Of a stretch of 64,000 nucleotides of DNA, positions 25,845 through 40,115 are shown piece by piece. Under the pieces are notes generated by a model. It saw only the letters and a list, made by a program, of their open reading frames with translations. It was not told where the DNA came from and did not search any database. Position 1 is the first letter of the stretch. Every line of letters starts with the position of its first letter. The stretch is from Lama guanicoe (taxonomy: Eukaryota), in assembly GCA_013239625.1 (NCBI GenBank), contig MU054187.1, positions 18,902,711 to 18,966,710 on the forward strand, given 5' to 3'. Both the position numbers and the translations under genes were made by a program.

Positions 25845-26610
25845 GTGAGAAGTGGAGAAAGGGGAATCTGCCTACGCTGTTGGTGGGAATGTAGTTTGGT
25901 GCAGCCATTATGGAAAACAGTATGGAGATTTCTCAAAAGATTAAAAATAGACATACCATATAGTCCAGCAATCCCACTCCTGGACATATATACAGAGGGA
26001 ACTCTAAGTCAAAAAGATACATGCACCCCAATGTTCACAGCAGCACTATTTACAATAGCCAAGACATGGAAACAACTTAAATGTCCATTGACAGATGACT
26101 GTATATTTATGCAATGGAATACTACTCTGCCATAAAAAAGAATAAAATAATGCCATTTGCACCAATATGGATGGACATAGAGATTGTCATTCTAAGAGAA
26201 GTAAGCCAGAAAGAGAAAGAAAAATACCATATGATATCACTCAGATGTGGTATCTAAAAAAATAAGGCGGGGGGGAGACACTATGCACTCATCTACAAAA
26301 CAGAAACAGACTCACAGACTCAGTAAACTATCTTATGGTTACCGGGGAAATGGGGTGGGAAGGAATAAATTTGGGAGTTTGAGATTTACAAATGTTAGCC
26401 ACTATATATAAAAATAGATTTAAAAAAAAAGTTTCTTTTGTATAGCACAGGGAACTATGTTCAATATCTTATAATAACCTTTGATGGAAAAAAATATGAA
26501 AATGAGTATATGCATGTATATGCAAGACTGGATATTGTGCTGTACACCAGAGAAAGACACATTGTAATTGACTGTACTTCAATTAAAAAAAAAAGAAAAA
26601 AAGAAAATCT
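25845..26610 (+). mobile_element. L1 3' fragment (end of ORF2 plus 3' UTR plus A-tail)
   Basis: ORF 25845..26135 contains [30 protein letters not shown], the L1 ORF2 C-terminus; A-rich tail ~26582-26607. Confidence 0.95.
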
Positions 26611-26844
26611 GTTGGAATATAAAAAAATAGCTAAAATAAAGTGAGAAAAAAGCAGTACACATAACTGACAGAGGCCACAAATTTTGTGAAAAAGAAATGT
26701 ATACACAGAAAAAAACCTGGAAAAATCATAAAGTTTGAAGTGGTTTTTCTGCTTGGTGGGATCAATGATTTTCAGTTTCTTTGCACTTTCTTTTGTTATT
26801 TTCAAAATTTTAACATGAACATATATTACGTTAGAAAATAATTA

Positions 26845-27549
26845 CAGGTACACCTCGTTTTATTGCATTTCACAGATACTGTTTTTTTTTTCCTATACTA
26901 GAATCCTTTTAATGACCTACATGGGCCAATCAAGGCAGAAATCGATTTTAGTAACTTTGTGGAGTGAGAAGTCTCAGCCTGGGGGCAGAGCTGCCCAAGG
27001 AGTGTGCTGACCTGCCAGGCTTACAGGGAGAGGGAAGGCACATCATGATCCAGTGACAGTTTTATGTGTGGACATGAGGGACCTGACCAAGCTGTGTGGT
27101 GATGAAGATACTGCATTTTTTACAAGAGAAAGGTTTGTGGCAACCCTGCAGGAAGCAAGTTCTATCAGCACCATTTTTTCAACAGCATTTGGTCAATTTG
27201 TGTCTCTGTCACATTTTGGTAGTTCTTGGAATAATTCAGATTTTTTCTCTATTTCTTTATTTGTTACGGTGATCTGTGATCAGTGATCTTTGATGTTACT
27301 TCTATGACTTGCTGAAGGCTCAGATGATGGCTAGCATTTTTTAGCAATAAATATTTTAAAATTAAGATATATACACTTTTTTTCAGACATAATGCTATTC
27401 ACACTTAATAGACTACAGAATGGTGTAAATGTAACTTTCATTTGCATTGGGAAACCACAAAATTCATGCCACCCACTTTATTGCAATATTTGTATTTGTT
27501 TATTGCGGTGGCCTGGAACTGAACCCACGGTATTTCTGAGGTATGCCTG
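26845..27549 (+). mobile_element. Internally deleted Tigger1-type DNA transposon, interrupted at 26882-27105
   Basis: TA|CAGGTACACCTCG...GAGGTATGCCTG|TA termini; Tigger1 subterminal sequence (aaggtttgtggcaaccctgc, gtgatctgtgatcagtgatctttgatg). Confidence 0.9.
26882..27105 (-). pseudogene. 5'-truncated retrocopy of an mRNA 3' end inserted in Tigger1
   Basis: Minus strand: ATTAAA (26908-26913), 16 nt, then A10; flanked by duplicated agatactg (26874-26881, 27106-27113). Confidence 0.7.
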
Positions 27550-29699
27550 TATTTGGGGAAAAAAACAGACCTCTTCCCTTTTACTAAAACATTTTGGAAT
27601 AGATATTATTTGATATAGTTGTAATAACTTTATTTCTGAGTAAAAACATAAAAATAAAAATACAGCAAAATATTTTTAAAAAATGATTAAGCCATTGGCT
27701 TTATTCTGCAGCACTATAGAGAATAAGGCGATGAATAAACCCCCAAAACACGGGACTGGAGGCAGATAGGACTATTTCTTGGAATGAGAGAAAAATCATG
27801 AAAATCAAAAGTTTTCTGTATTTATTACTGAGAACACTGAATTAACTCTGATTATAAACACTGGCGATTATAATTCATCCATCTTGGGGAAACACTGAGT
27901 TAGCAAGCAGAAATTGGTCCTGAAAGGGACTCAAATGAGGCCAGTCAAGACCTAAGTGAACTCATCAGAACTTCAAACCTTACGTTTCATTTCTTGATCT
28001 TGGCGACAGTTATATGGGTGTTTTCACTTTGTAAATATTCCTCAAACTCTATACTGGTGTTGTGAATATAATTCTATATCTACAGTTTGTGTACTTTTCT
28101 GTATGTTACACTTCAATTAAAATTTTTTACTTGGAAAGAAAATCTCAGCACACTCTGCTTCTGTCCTCCTGCAGTGCATTTGGTAACCCCTGCGTTTGGT
28201 TCCCCAGAACACTTCCTCCGTGCTCGCAACTCTGGACCTGGCCAATCACAGCAGCCCAGCTCCTGGGCTCAGAGACTGGTGGGGACACATCTCAAGCAGG
28301 ACTATCAGTGTCCTTCCTGGAGCTACTCTTCAAGTTAAGTTTTTTTTTTTTTTAATATGGAGCTAGGGATGGTAAATTTTAATATCTCCCTAGATTTTCC
28401 TTTTTTAATTAATTAATTAAAATACTGTTCTATTTACAAATTTAACAATCTGGAGAGTCAGGGCACTATTCATCGCTTTCTCAATCCTGCCTCTGCTCAG
28501 TCCTCTGTGGGGTGGAAAGGAAAGTCGATAGTCTTTCATGTCCTTAAGTTCTCATGATTCTTTTCTTGGTTAAAACATCAGGTTCTTTAACTTGAGAATA
28601 CGGAAAATGTTCTCCGTGACCCCTTTTCTTTCCTGAGATCCATGTAACAGATGAGTCTTGCAACAAAAAAAGAGCAAAACTGGAAAGAAAAAAGAAAGAA
28701 AGAAAGAAGATTTTCTACTGTTCCATTATCAAGCACTCAAATAACAAATACTCTTAGCTGTATGTCATCTGTACTTGCAGAATCATCTGCCTTAGGCAGA
28801 ATGAAATTAAATAACAGGTCTGAGCCAATTCTGAAGACTTTGTCCCTCCAACCCAGCCTTTAACCTTTTCTGAAGCCTTCCTTTCTAACCTTTTAATCCT
28901 ATTCTCGACGTGGTGATGGTCAGCCTGGGAGTGATTTATGCAAGGAGCCCATTGGTCAGGACAGTTTGGCTGTGGTCCTTTAGGTCTGGGGATGGACTGA
29001 TTAATCTGTGTTGTTCTTTTGTGCTTCTCTGGATCCTCTCCAAAAGATTTTTTTAAAATATATCAAACAATACATTATTTACTCAGTTCTGATTGCTTGA
29101 GCCAGAGGTAAAACAAAAGGGAGTAAGGAAAAGAAGATGACAGACACGGTGCTGTGTGCGTCTAATTTTACTTATCTCAGTTGTATTTAATACTATTTCC
29201 ACCTACACATTAGCATCCTACCTGGTATTGGACAAAGTCTTATAAATTTCTTAGTCTTCGCTCATATTTCCCTTGTTGTGATGGCTCGAATAAATATAAG
29301 GGTGTAACATTTGTTGATATATTGTGTATTTGCTAGTTCCAGGGAAAAAAGTACATTATATCATCTTTATTAACGAATGTTTTGTTTAAATATGTAAACC
29401 CCCAAATACCTGATACATGTATATAGGAGCATATTCAAAATCTGAAATTACTAAAAAGTAAGAATTGTATTGATTCATATTTATGTCTCTGCATTAAACA
29501 TTAAACATTTAATCCTAGAACTAAATATATCAGTGATTTCATTTATGGCTTTTCTTTATTCTGTATGTCTGTGTAATATCTGCACATCTAACCCTCCATG
29601 TTATCCAGAGTAATTCTGTGCACATATAAATGCATTTTCCCCCAAATCATTAGAAATGCATGCCATAAATAATTTCAAAGAGCATCAGAAGTTATTCAG

Positions 29700-30290
29700 T
29701 TCACATAAACCTTAAAGCTTCTAAATATGAAAAGCGATCATAAAAAATAAAAAGACAAAGATTGCAAATTTATGTCAGATAAAAATGTGCTCTTCTTTGT
29801 GTATAAAGAATTCTTCAAAGCTATATGGAAAATACAAACAGACTAATAGAAAAATGGGTATGCACCAGAAACTGGCAATTCACCAAAGAAATGTAAATGG
29901 CCAATAAATGTGTGAAAAACATCCAATTTCATTAGTGATTACAGCATTGCCACATTACACAATAGGATGCATATTTTCACATAAAATCAATAAAATCAAG
30001 ATTTTTAAAAAGTTAACTTTCCCATGGCATCTAGGATGCTGGGAAACAAGCATTCCCATATGCTGTCAATGTATGTAAAATGCTGGAAATTGTCAGGAAA
30101 GCAATTTGACCACATGCATCAAATTAACACCTTTGACCAAGTGATAGGGCTTCTAGGAATCGCTTCTAAACTATCACACGCTAATTCCAGCATGTACGTA
30201 CTGGTGATACTGATGGCAGTATCGTCCACAACTGTGAAAAATAAAACCCTCCATGTCCAACAATCACAAGTAAAGAAAACAGGCTAAATT
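29700..30290 (+). mobile_element. Old L1 (L1ME-like) fragment
   Basis: aatagaaaaatggg...caattcaccaaagaaatgtaaatggccaataaa...ggaaagcaatttg motifs. Confidence 0.7.
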
Positions 30291-32937
30291 TAAAAGCAAA
30301 TTTTCCAAACTCACAGCAGATAAAGTGCAGGGCTGAGTTCAGACTTGGGTCTGTCTGCCTCCAGTGCCTGTTCCTTAAACCTCTTAAGCTAGTGGTTTTC
30401 CTGCTGTCTTCCCTGGAATTTTCTTGAGGTGTCTCAGATTCTGGGATTTCTGGGTTTTTCTGAGCTCAGCATTAGCTCACCTAACATCGACCCCACCTGT
30501 GGCCCAGCCTCAGAGTTCTGGGGTCCAGGTAAGATTTCTTGGGGTGGATGTGGGGGGTGCAGAGTGGAGAAATGCTGCTAAACGACAAAATATAACCTTT
30601 GACACCCACCATCACGTCGGATTGAGTCCCACTCTGCACCAGTACAAGGATAGAGAGGGAGCCTCTGCCCCCTCAGACCACCAGCGGCCGAGGCCCAGGG
30701 CAGGCAGACAAGATGGCGCATCTCAGGACACTACCTCCACTCAGATTCAGATCATCCTCCTTCAGCCAAATCCCCCACCAGCCGGCCCCACCCCTCTTCT
30801 CTGTTTTATTAACAGCGAATAGTATCTTCTCACTGAAGAAGTGGTATTTCTAAAAGCTCTACTGTAGTTCCTTTGCCAGACATTCTGAGAAGGAGGGTGG
30901 TTGAGGTGTTTCGCACAGCCAAGAAAGCACAGGCAGAACTGTGGTCTCTAAGTTGGATTTCTGGGGACCCTGACATCTGAATCAGCTGTCCTCGCTGAAA
31001 AAGCCAAACATCTTGTTTTCCCTGCCCTGGTTTAAATGCCAACTAAATTTAATCATCCTAAGCCAGTGATTTTCAAAGAATGCATCATTACCTGAAGCTT
31101 CATATGCCAATTCTTATGACCCCCCAGAATCCACTGGGTCCATGGGGGGCGAGGGTGCAGGAGGGTGGGGCCCCAAATTGTGGGTTGTAGCAGGGGATTC
31201 TGATGCCCTCAGGTCAGAAATGTTGTCCTGAGCTTCCTCCTCTTCCATTCCTCACACCAACTAGACAACATTAATCACACCCTTCCTCTGTGTGGCCCCA
31301 TTAAGTCATGTTATGCTGTGTTGCGTTATGTTACATTATTACATCATGATATTTAGTTGTGTGTCTGCATTGCCCCCTCGTGAGCTCCTTAATGACAGGA
31401 CCTAGGTTTTATACGTGTTCATATCTTTAGGGCAAGCACAGCACCTGGAACTTATTAAATGTGTGTTAAATGAATATTGAACAAATTGAGTCACCAAGAG
31501 AAAAGGGAAAGTCTGAAACCCGCATGCCTTAGTGTGAGAATACCATCCATCGATGTGCTGTGTGACCACTTACTGTCATGTTCCAAGCAGCTTCCAAAAG
31601 CTGCTTCTTTTAGATCATCTTTCATAGGTTTCACTGAGTTTCTTATTGGGTCTGAATTTTTAGCTACAGTTTCCTCATGCACAATGTCTTGAGCTGCAGT
31701 TTGTTCCAGTTTTGTCAGCTTTGGTCACATCTTCCATAGAAGCGTTTTTTCTTTCACGTGGGAAATGTAAGACACTGTTAGCTAATGTTTCCTAAGTCCT
31801 TACTATTCACCAAATATGTATTGAGGCCCTGCTACATGCCAAGTGCTATTCTAGGTACGTTATAAAACAGAAGAGACAAAACTCTGTGCTCTGTGTCTGG
31901 CTCTGGGCTGGATGTTTTCTGCCTATATCATCTCACTAAGTCACATGCTGTGAAAATTAACTTTCCAAGTGTCATGCGGCATTTCAACTTAAAGAACTGG
32001 GGAAAATTTCTAATTTACATTAATCTCTTTTAAGTCTATTTTGAGTGGGAAAAGGGGCCACCAATTTATCACTAGCTATGCCCACATCCCTTTATAAATT
32101 ATGCAACTTACGAAGTTCCTTTTCTGGCTCACAGGTCTTCATCATTTAGCACTGAGTAGACACTCGTGAGAACAGCACCCTGGCGTGTGGGCTCCATCCA
32201 GCTGCGTGTGTTTACTGGGCGAGGTGATTAATAGTACGTTGCACCCAGGCAGCACCCTGGATAAGACTGTTACAGGTCCTACGTGCCTGCGTTCTCTTAG
32301 CTGTTGTTATTATTAGGGTGACAACCACATGGCACAGAACTTTGAAGCACATGGTCTGATTTATAACCCCTTGTTGACTCTAGGGACTACTGAAGAATAA
32401 TGAACAAATTGTTCATCTAATTTTCCTACTTAAGTAGTATTTTAAAACAAAATAAAACATTGTTTCACTGTGGTAAAAAAGACAACACAAAATCTACATC
32501 TTAACCATTCTGAAGTATTCAGTTCAGTGCTGTTCAGTGAGAAAACGTTGGTCAAACAGATCTCCTGAACTTTATCGTCCTGCAGATCTCAAACTGAACT
32601 CATTAAACGACAACTGCCCTCTCCTCCCTCCCTGGCGGTTTTCATAGGGCTTTCGTATACAAAGCTTACAGAGTTCCGTCCTTTCTCTTGTCTATGTCCC
32701 TAAAAGCACGAGAAGAAGACAGGGAAGGCAGAAGAACTGCTGTCCGTGTTTCCCTGTGAGTCACGTTCACCACCTGTGAGAATCAGCGGCTGTCGGAGAG
32801 CTCCCTGAGTGCCTGCAGGTCCGTAACACGTAACTCTGGCCCTTAGTAGTGCCAGGGAGTTGAAATGCCTTTTGCCTATTTGTGTGCTTTGGGAGAACTT
32901 CCACAAACAGGTTCTAGAAGATAAAAGGGTCTCAGAT

Positions 32938-33140
32938 TAGAGATACAAACTACTATATACAGAATAGATAAACAACAAGGTCCTACCAGAGCACGGGGAA
33001 TTGTATTCAATAACTTGTAATAACATAATGAAAAAGAATATGAAAAAGAATATACACATAGATGTATAACTGAATCACTGTGCTGTAAGCCAGAACTAAC
33101 ACAACACTGTAAATCAACTATACTTCAATTTAAAAAAAAA
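32938..33140 (+). mobile_element. Short L1 3'-end insertion with 14-bp TSD
   Basis: L1 3' UTR plus A-tail; TSD aaaagggtctcaga at 32924-32937 and 33141-33154. Confidence 0.9.
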
Positions 33141-36100
33141 AAAAGGGTCTCAGAGCTGTGGGCTCACCCTCCAGCCTGCAGTGCTGGTGTTCTTCCTCTC
33201 ATGTCTCAGACAATAATCACGTGGCTTGCACTTAAATAGTTCCAGTGATGGAAGTCTCACCACACCCGAGGGCAGCGTTCCTTCCTTGTCTTCCCTATAT
33301 GAGTCCTACAGGTTTCGGGAAAACGTCACAAAACCGCTCTCCTGCATAGCTGAAAGTATTTGGAGTTGACCTGTCTGGTCTGGTTCTGTGTCTTGCCTGC
33401 TTCAGGCTTGCTTTCTTTCCACCTAGATGCAATCTGGATTTAGGAAATAGTAAAAGAAAGTATTTTAAATAAACAGAGTATTGATATTTGACAACGAGAT
33501 TTCCACATGAGTGTAGCTCATTCATACATTCAACAGAAGCAGTCTAGAGAACAGTGTGAGGTGGCATGGAGCCTGGAAGCCAGGAGCCCTACGAGACAGG
33601 TACCTTTGTTTCATTCGGTCTTTTGTCTTCCCAAAATCTCTGATGCCATCCTTCCTCCCATTCTTAGTCCATATGGTTCAGCCAGAGTTGACCCACACCT
33701 ACCTTTCCAGGCAAGCGCGTCATCTTCACCATGGTGATGCTGGAAGCCACTGCACTAGCCCTCATTTCTGGCTAAGGCTTTGGGAATTGCCTCCTGCCTG
33801 ACATGGGTGTCCAGAGCAAGATCCAAGAACAGGTGCAATAATGTAACTCATAAATACAGGGTCATGGTCACAGACAAGCAAAGTGAACAGGCTGCAGCAG
33901 TGAAGGTCACTGGCTCAATCTGATTGGAAGGACAGCAGCTACTCAATAATTAGGTCTATTCAATAATATAAAAATAAAGTGAGATTTTATTAAGAAACTG
34001 CTAGTGAATTAAGAAAATGTAAAGGCAGATCCAACCCTGAGAACATTTTTGGAGAATTGAGAATCAAGTAAAAATATTCCTAAACCATATTAAATGTCAT
34101 ATATATATATGAAATGTTTATTTTTTGACCAAAAAGAAGTAATGCATGCTATTTCTGCATTGAGCCCTGCATGGTGTGTTTTTGCAACATTGGTACAGTA
34201 ATATATCCTATACAGATGGTTGATTTATCCATCCCCTATTTCAAAAAGTATCTGTGGACATTTCAAAGTGAACTGTGCCTTTCAGTTGAAGATTAACTTG
34301 TTTAGAAGACTTTGTGCTGCCAAAAATACCAAACGATAACCAAAAATAATACAGAAATAAGCAGCTCAAACTTTGCTGATCTTTATGATAACCTCATTTC
34401 TCTCGCGGCTGTCTACCTTTTGAGGCTCCATTAACTCTGTCCTGCACAGGCTACTAGAAAAGTAGCTTTCCAATTTTTTTGACACTGACATACATAAGAA
34501 ATATTTTAAATGGAAGTTTAGAATAACATTTACATGTATATATATATATATATACATATATAAATGAGAAAAAGTGTTCTGAAATATTGCTTTCCTTTAC
34601 CATCTGCAATTCACTAATATTTTGTTTTCTATTCCTTTCTATTCTTTTCCTCTATTTGTTTTTTTCCCATCCTATTCTATTTCATTTTATAATGTCAATT
34701 GTAACGCACAAAGTTGATTTCACAACTTACTAGTTGATCTTAACAAGTAGTTTGAAAAACATTGCTTTAGTCTAGGGTACAGCAAAGGATGAAAACTAGA
34801 AATGTCTCTTTTTCTGGCTCAGCCCCAAGAATTTTGCCAGTCTACTTCAGATTATTTTGACACTTCTTTTTCATTCATTCATTTATTCCTTCATTTCATT
34901 TATTAGAGGAATAGCTATGAAGCCCGTCCCATGAGCTGGGCACTTGGCCAGCTATGGGGAATACAGAGGTGGGCAGCACAGATTCCGGCGCTCACTGGAC
35001 TCAACTCTAAGGAAAGCTGTGTCGGGAGATCTAAACCCCAAGGCGGGGGCAGTGGTGACGTGAGAAAGGAAGTGAAATTGCAGTTTCCTGGTGGTAACAA
35101 CTCATTCATCTGCAGTTTTCAGAAAGGAAGACACTGTATTTGGTTTTGTTAATACAATGATGAATAAATATGGTCTCTTCACTGCTGCTAGTCTGATAGT
35201 GTGGGGTGGGTAACATTAATAATTACAATACAATTCAGTAACGCCACAGACCAAGATAACCATTTTGAGTTGCACAGAGTCAAAGGATAGTTAAAAATAG
35301 AGGAAACAGAGACTGCAAGCAGGGGAGGAAAGGACAGAAGATGAGGGCAAACACTGGGAAATGAGCCTGGTTGTAGGGATAGTTTCCAGGATATGGAGAG
35401 ATTTTGATATTTTTTACAAGTTGAGGGAAAGGAACCAGTGGAGAGGCCAAGACAGGGCATGATCAGGTGATGCAGTGGTGGATTTGGGGATGAGGAGCAA
35501 GTACAGTGGGAAGGAATTCACCTGGGAAAGAGTAACAAGCATGGTGACCATTTTATGGACAAAACAAAGGAATAACAGTCAAAGCCTGCAATATTATTAA
35601 ATTTATTATGAAGACTAGAAAAATATTTGATATGGTGAACATTTTTCATTAGCTACCTTTTCTCCTTTTCTTGAATGATACATAGATAGCATTTTGTCCT
35701 GAAATTACTCCCCAAGTTACAAGCCCTCTTGCCTCATCCCTTTATTTCATTGATTTTTTTTCTTTGGGCCTGCCAAAATGACATCATCTTTCACTCATGG
35801 ACCTTTATTTTTTAACTTGCACTTGAAGAATAACATTTATAAAGAAAAGCACAGGAAACAAAAGTGTTGTTCAGCTTGATGAATTTTCACAAAGTGGGGA
35901 CATCTGTGTGCAACTTGCAACCCTTCTAAGAAACATCACCAGCACCCCCAAAACGCTGCCACCCCCAGAGGCCCCTACCAGTTATTCTCTCTCCATCCGA
36001 GGGTGACCACTGTCCTGATTTCTAACAAGGCGGGGGGGCATTTTTAAACAAGAAAGTAATCTAAGTGCTCCAACAGATAAATCCACATGCAAGAAGGTAT

Positions 36101-36968
36101 TTCTTTAAAAGTTGTCCAAATAAGGGCACTATTTCCAACCTGTTCTTAACTGTTTACCCAAAATGTGTCCCTCACTCCTATATTGTTTGCCTAGTTGGAG
36201 TAAAACTGAAGAGTAGACCAATCAGAAGGCTTTTTTCTGGAAGACTCCCCTTAGAAACAAACATTTTGAAATGAAATGGGAGGCAGAATTAAAACCAAAT
36301 GTGAACTACCTATTTACATAATAAGGAACCTGTCTCTAGCTATTGTATGCATTTGATGCATTGGTATCTTTCTAAAACCCAAGATATATTCTTCTTGCTA
36401 CTTCCAAAATAAAATTTTGGAAAAACAGAAGTCAATATAATCCACAGTTCATTACCCAGTGGTGCCACTGTAATAATGAAACAAAGGAAACGTCTTTAAC
36501 GTCCATAAGTAGTAACACGTTAATGTCAATCAATCTGTAAGTGAAAAAGTCTCAGAACTGTTTGCATAAAACTCTCATTTATGTCATAAAGGCATAGATG
36601 AAAAAGGATTAGGATTTTTTTAAAATCCAAAACCATCTTCTTTGGTTTCACATAAACATGACTTAAGTTTGTTTTATCAGTAATTAAGAAACACTCACAT
36701 ACTTTGAGAGACAATGCTATTTGAGAACAATGAATGACAAACGGCTATTTATTCATTTATTCAATGCGTATTTATTGGTAAATAATGGTTTGGAAGCCAA
36801 TACTCAAAAGTCTTATGGAAATGTAGTTATTACATTTATAATATTTCCTATTATGTACTAATTCATGAGTTTTAGCATGTCATTCTCTTTTGTAATTAAG
36901 TGTCAGTAAATCAAGTATGACTTATTCAGATACATTAAGTGAGAAGTTAAACTCAAGATGCAACTAGA

Positions 36969-37205
36969 GTGGTTACCAGTGGGGAGAGGGAAGAGGAGGG
37001 GCAAGATAGGGGCAGGGGATGAAAAGGTATAAACTACTACATATAAAATAAATAAGCTACAAGAATATATTGTACAGCATAGGGAATATAGCCAATATTT
37101 TACAATAATTATAAATGGAGTACAATTTTAAAAATTGTGATTAACTGTGTTGTACACTGAAACTTACTTAATATTGTACATCAACTATACCTCAGTAAAA
37201 AAAAA
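36969..37205 (+). mobile_element. Short L1 3'-end insertion with TSD
   Basis: gtggttaccagtggggagagg...catcaactatacctc plus A-tail; TSD aagatgcaactaga on both sides. Confidence 0.9.
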
Positions 37206-37714
37206 AAGATGCAACTAGAATCATCCAAGTGCAAGGTCATTTATTTCCAATTGCTTTGAGGTTAGTGTCCTCATTAGAAATAGAGCTGATGAAGCATCCT
37301 GTTCCCACCACTATAAATAATCCCCTCCCCCCACTTTTTATTCTCACAGTTTTTAAGAGCCACCATAGTGAAGGCATCTACGTTTCATTCAGATAGAATG
37401 GGATGAAGTTTTCTTTTCACATATATTTATCAATTCTCATCTGCATTATTGCATTTATCAAATATAATTGTAATTATTTACTTCGGGTCTCTCCCAATGG
37501 ATTACACATTCCTTAAAGGTAAGGATAAAGCCCTATTCCTCTTTAAAACCCTAGTCCCTAGCATAGTGCTCAGCACTATACCTGAGCCAATGTTTAGACA
37601 ACTGTACCTAGCTATCAATGGAAGTACCTAAGTATTTTCAAAAGCAGGTACTTTAAAAAAAAATGAGTATTTCCATCAGAATGAGTTAACTAGCAACTGA
37701 GGAAGATTTTATTT

Positions 37715-38265
37715 TTCCAAAGATGGCCACCACAATATATCCCATCCTCCAAGCTCCTGGTACAGTGAGAAAGTGACACTCTTCCCACCAAGTAGTGTGG
37801 TCGATGTCCCCTCCTCTTGAAACTGGGCAGACCCCTGTGACTGCCTCCATCAATGTAGTACAGTTGCAAGTGGTGTTATACGACTTCCAAAGGTAGGTCA
37901 TAAAAATGCCATGGACTTCTGCCTTGTCCTCTGGGGACACTTGCTCTTGGAACCCAGCCACTATGTAAGGAAGCCTAGCTGGCTCACAGAGGCCACAGGC
38001 AGGTGTCTCAGCCAGCAGCCCCAGCTGAAGTTCCAGCTTTCAGCCAACATCAGCTGCTAGACGGGTGAGTGAGTCTTTGCATGACGGTTCCAGCCCCTAG
38101 CTGTTGTCACCAGCTGATGCTGCAGGGAGAAGGAAAAAAGCTGTCCCTGCAGAGCCCTGTCCAAACTGCAGATTCATGGACAAAATAAATGATGGTAGTT
38201 TTAAGCCACTTATACCTGCTTATACTAACAGATAGGTTGTTATGTAGCAAGAGATAACCAGAACA
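37715..38265 (+). mobile_element. MaLR (MLT1-type) solo LTR
   Basis: aaagatggccacca...aataaatgatggtagttttaagccact...gttgttatgtagcaagagataaccagaaca. Confidence 0.85.
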
Positions 38266-39990
38266 GCTACTTCTAGTTCACACTCCGGTGGAAACGGAGG
38301 GACGGGCTGGCGCCCCAGAGCCCTCTCTTCTATTTCCTGTTCTTAATCTAGGTGCAGTGAGAAGCAACATGGTCAAATGGAAGTAGGGTTAGAACCCGCA
38401 GGGTGAGCTCTAACTAGGACAAAGAGTCCTTGAAAAATTAATTTGAGCCCATTAAATTGTAAGCATTAAACATGCATTTGTGATGCCTGGATTTTTTTTT
38501 TGAGGAGGCAGAAAAAAATATTTTTAATGACTTCAGAATGATTGTGACAAACTCTTCTCATGTCTTATTGATGTGTTAAGAATCATGTTATAGGCATGGG
38601 AAGTTAAATTATCTAATGCTGGTATTCTGTGATCTTGTAATAAAGGAGCTGTTAACTTGCTGCGGGATGCTTCAATATTTGCCTGAAGTTACTGCATAAT
38701 CAGTGTGAACAGAATGTGGTTACCGACCTCATCAATGCCTCTGACACAGTAAATCATATTGTGCTGAAAAAATTACACAGGAGTGAAACGTGCGATGCAA
38801 GCGTAGATGAGTTAACTGGCTGGTTCACGGACATAGGCTGCTTTCTTTCCTGGGAAATTACGTGTGACAGTTAAATTAACCTTAAGGGACTTGGAGGTTG
38901 GCAAAGATTTGCATATTTTTTTCATTCTTTATTTATGAACTGCCAAGTTCTTTGGAGAGTACAACAGTGCATTTTTATATTAACAATGAAATACATTATT
39001 TGGGAGGAAGCACTGGAGAATGAGATTGAAGAAACCAACTTGGGGCTTATCAACCATTTCAATCTATGAAAACACTGCAGCATTTAACCTTGAGTAGCAC
39101 TGCCTTGCCTCCTTAGTGAAGATAAAATGTAAACTATTTTTTATTAAGAACAAAAGGCCATTAGACTCTAATTCTCCTTTCATTCCCATTTAAGTCAAGC
39201 TACTTATTTTCGACTTTGAAAACGGCAGTTGTCAAGCTCACAGGAGTCTGACTCTAACAGAGGTGCACTTCTTTAGACTTCAGCTGAACAAATGCGAACA
39301 AATACTTGCTCTCTAGGGGTGGGAACCTTCCCTGATAATGTCAGAAGAAATGGACACCAAGACCCTCTGCTCCTCCCTTTTATGTTTTTTCCCCTTTTTT
39401 CTCTTTTGTCTTTAATTCCGGGTGGTTACGATTTAAACAAACTACAAATCTGATTCCTAGTCACATATGTTTTTTAAGCTTTAAAATCTGTGCAAATTTC
39501 TAAAAGAAGGCCAGCATTCATGGTCACTGTGGACTCCCTCCTGGAATGCCTGTCTGCCCCACTGCTTGAGTCTTGTAGGGCTAAGACCCATTCAAGATAA
39601 CTGTGAAGCCCAAAATATTGATAGAGTACGTGTAGGAAAATGTTCAGCAAGATATTGTGATTTTCAAACAAAAAATTAAAGATTTTCAAGAATATTGTAT
39701 TATGCAGAGGTTACATATTATGATTATGAAGAACATTTAGCAAGTGGGGAGATCTTTTTATACAGAACCTTCAAGCTCTAAGTAGACTGTGATTACAACA
39801 ATGTAAAAAAGTTGAAAAAGGAAGGAAACATAAAAATGTTAACAATGGTCAAGAAGCATTAATATGATGTACTGTGTAAACAACTATTCTATACTTTTTT
39901 TTGTCAAAGAAAGGAATGATTGTATACAGGATGACAAATGGATAAATGATTTGTTACACCCTGTCAGTTACTTTGTGAACAGTCTCTTCT

Positions 39991-40115
39991 GGAGAGGGTA
40001 TAGCTTAAGACGTAGAGTGCATCTTTAGTGTGCATGAGGTCCTGGGTTCATTCCCCAATACCTCCTCTAAAAATAAATACATAAATTTAATTACCTCCCA
40101 CCCTGCCAAAAAAAA
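39991..40115 (+). mobile_element. tRNA-derived SINE (Vic-1-like)
   Basis: gggtatagctta...gtagagtgcat...gaggtcctgggttcattcccc...aattacctccc plus A-tail. Confidence 0.85.

Noticed and set aside
30424..30822. 132-aa ORF with a signal-peptide-like start
   Set aside because: Non-ATG start, no splice or homology support; lies in an intron of candidate pseudogene A.
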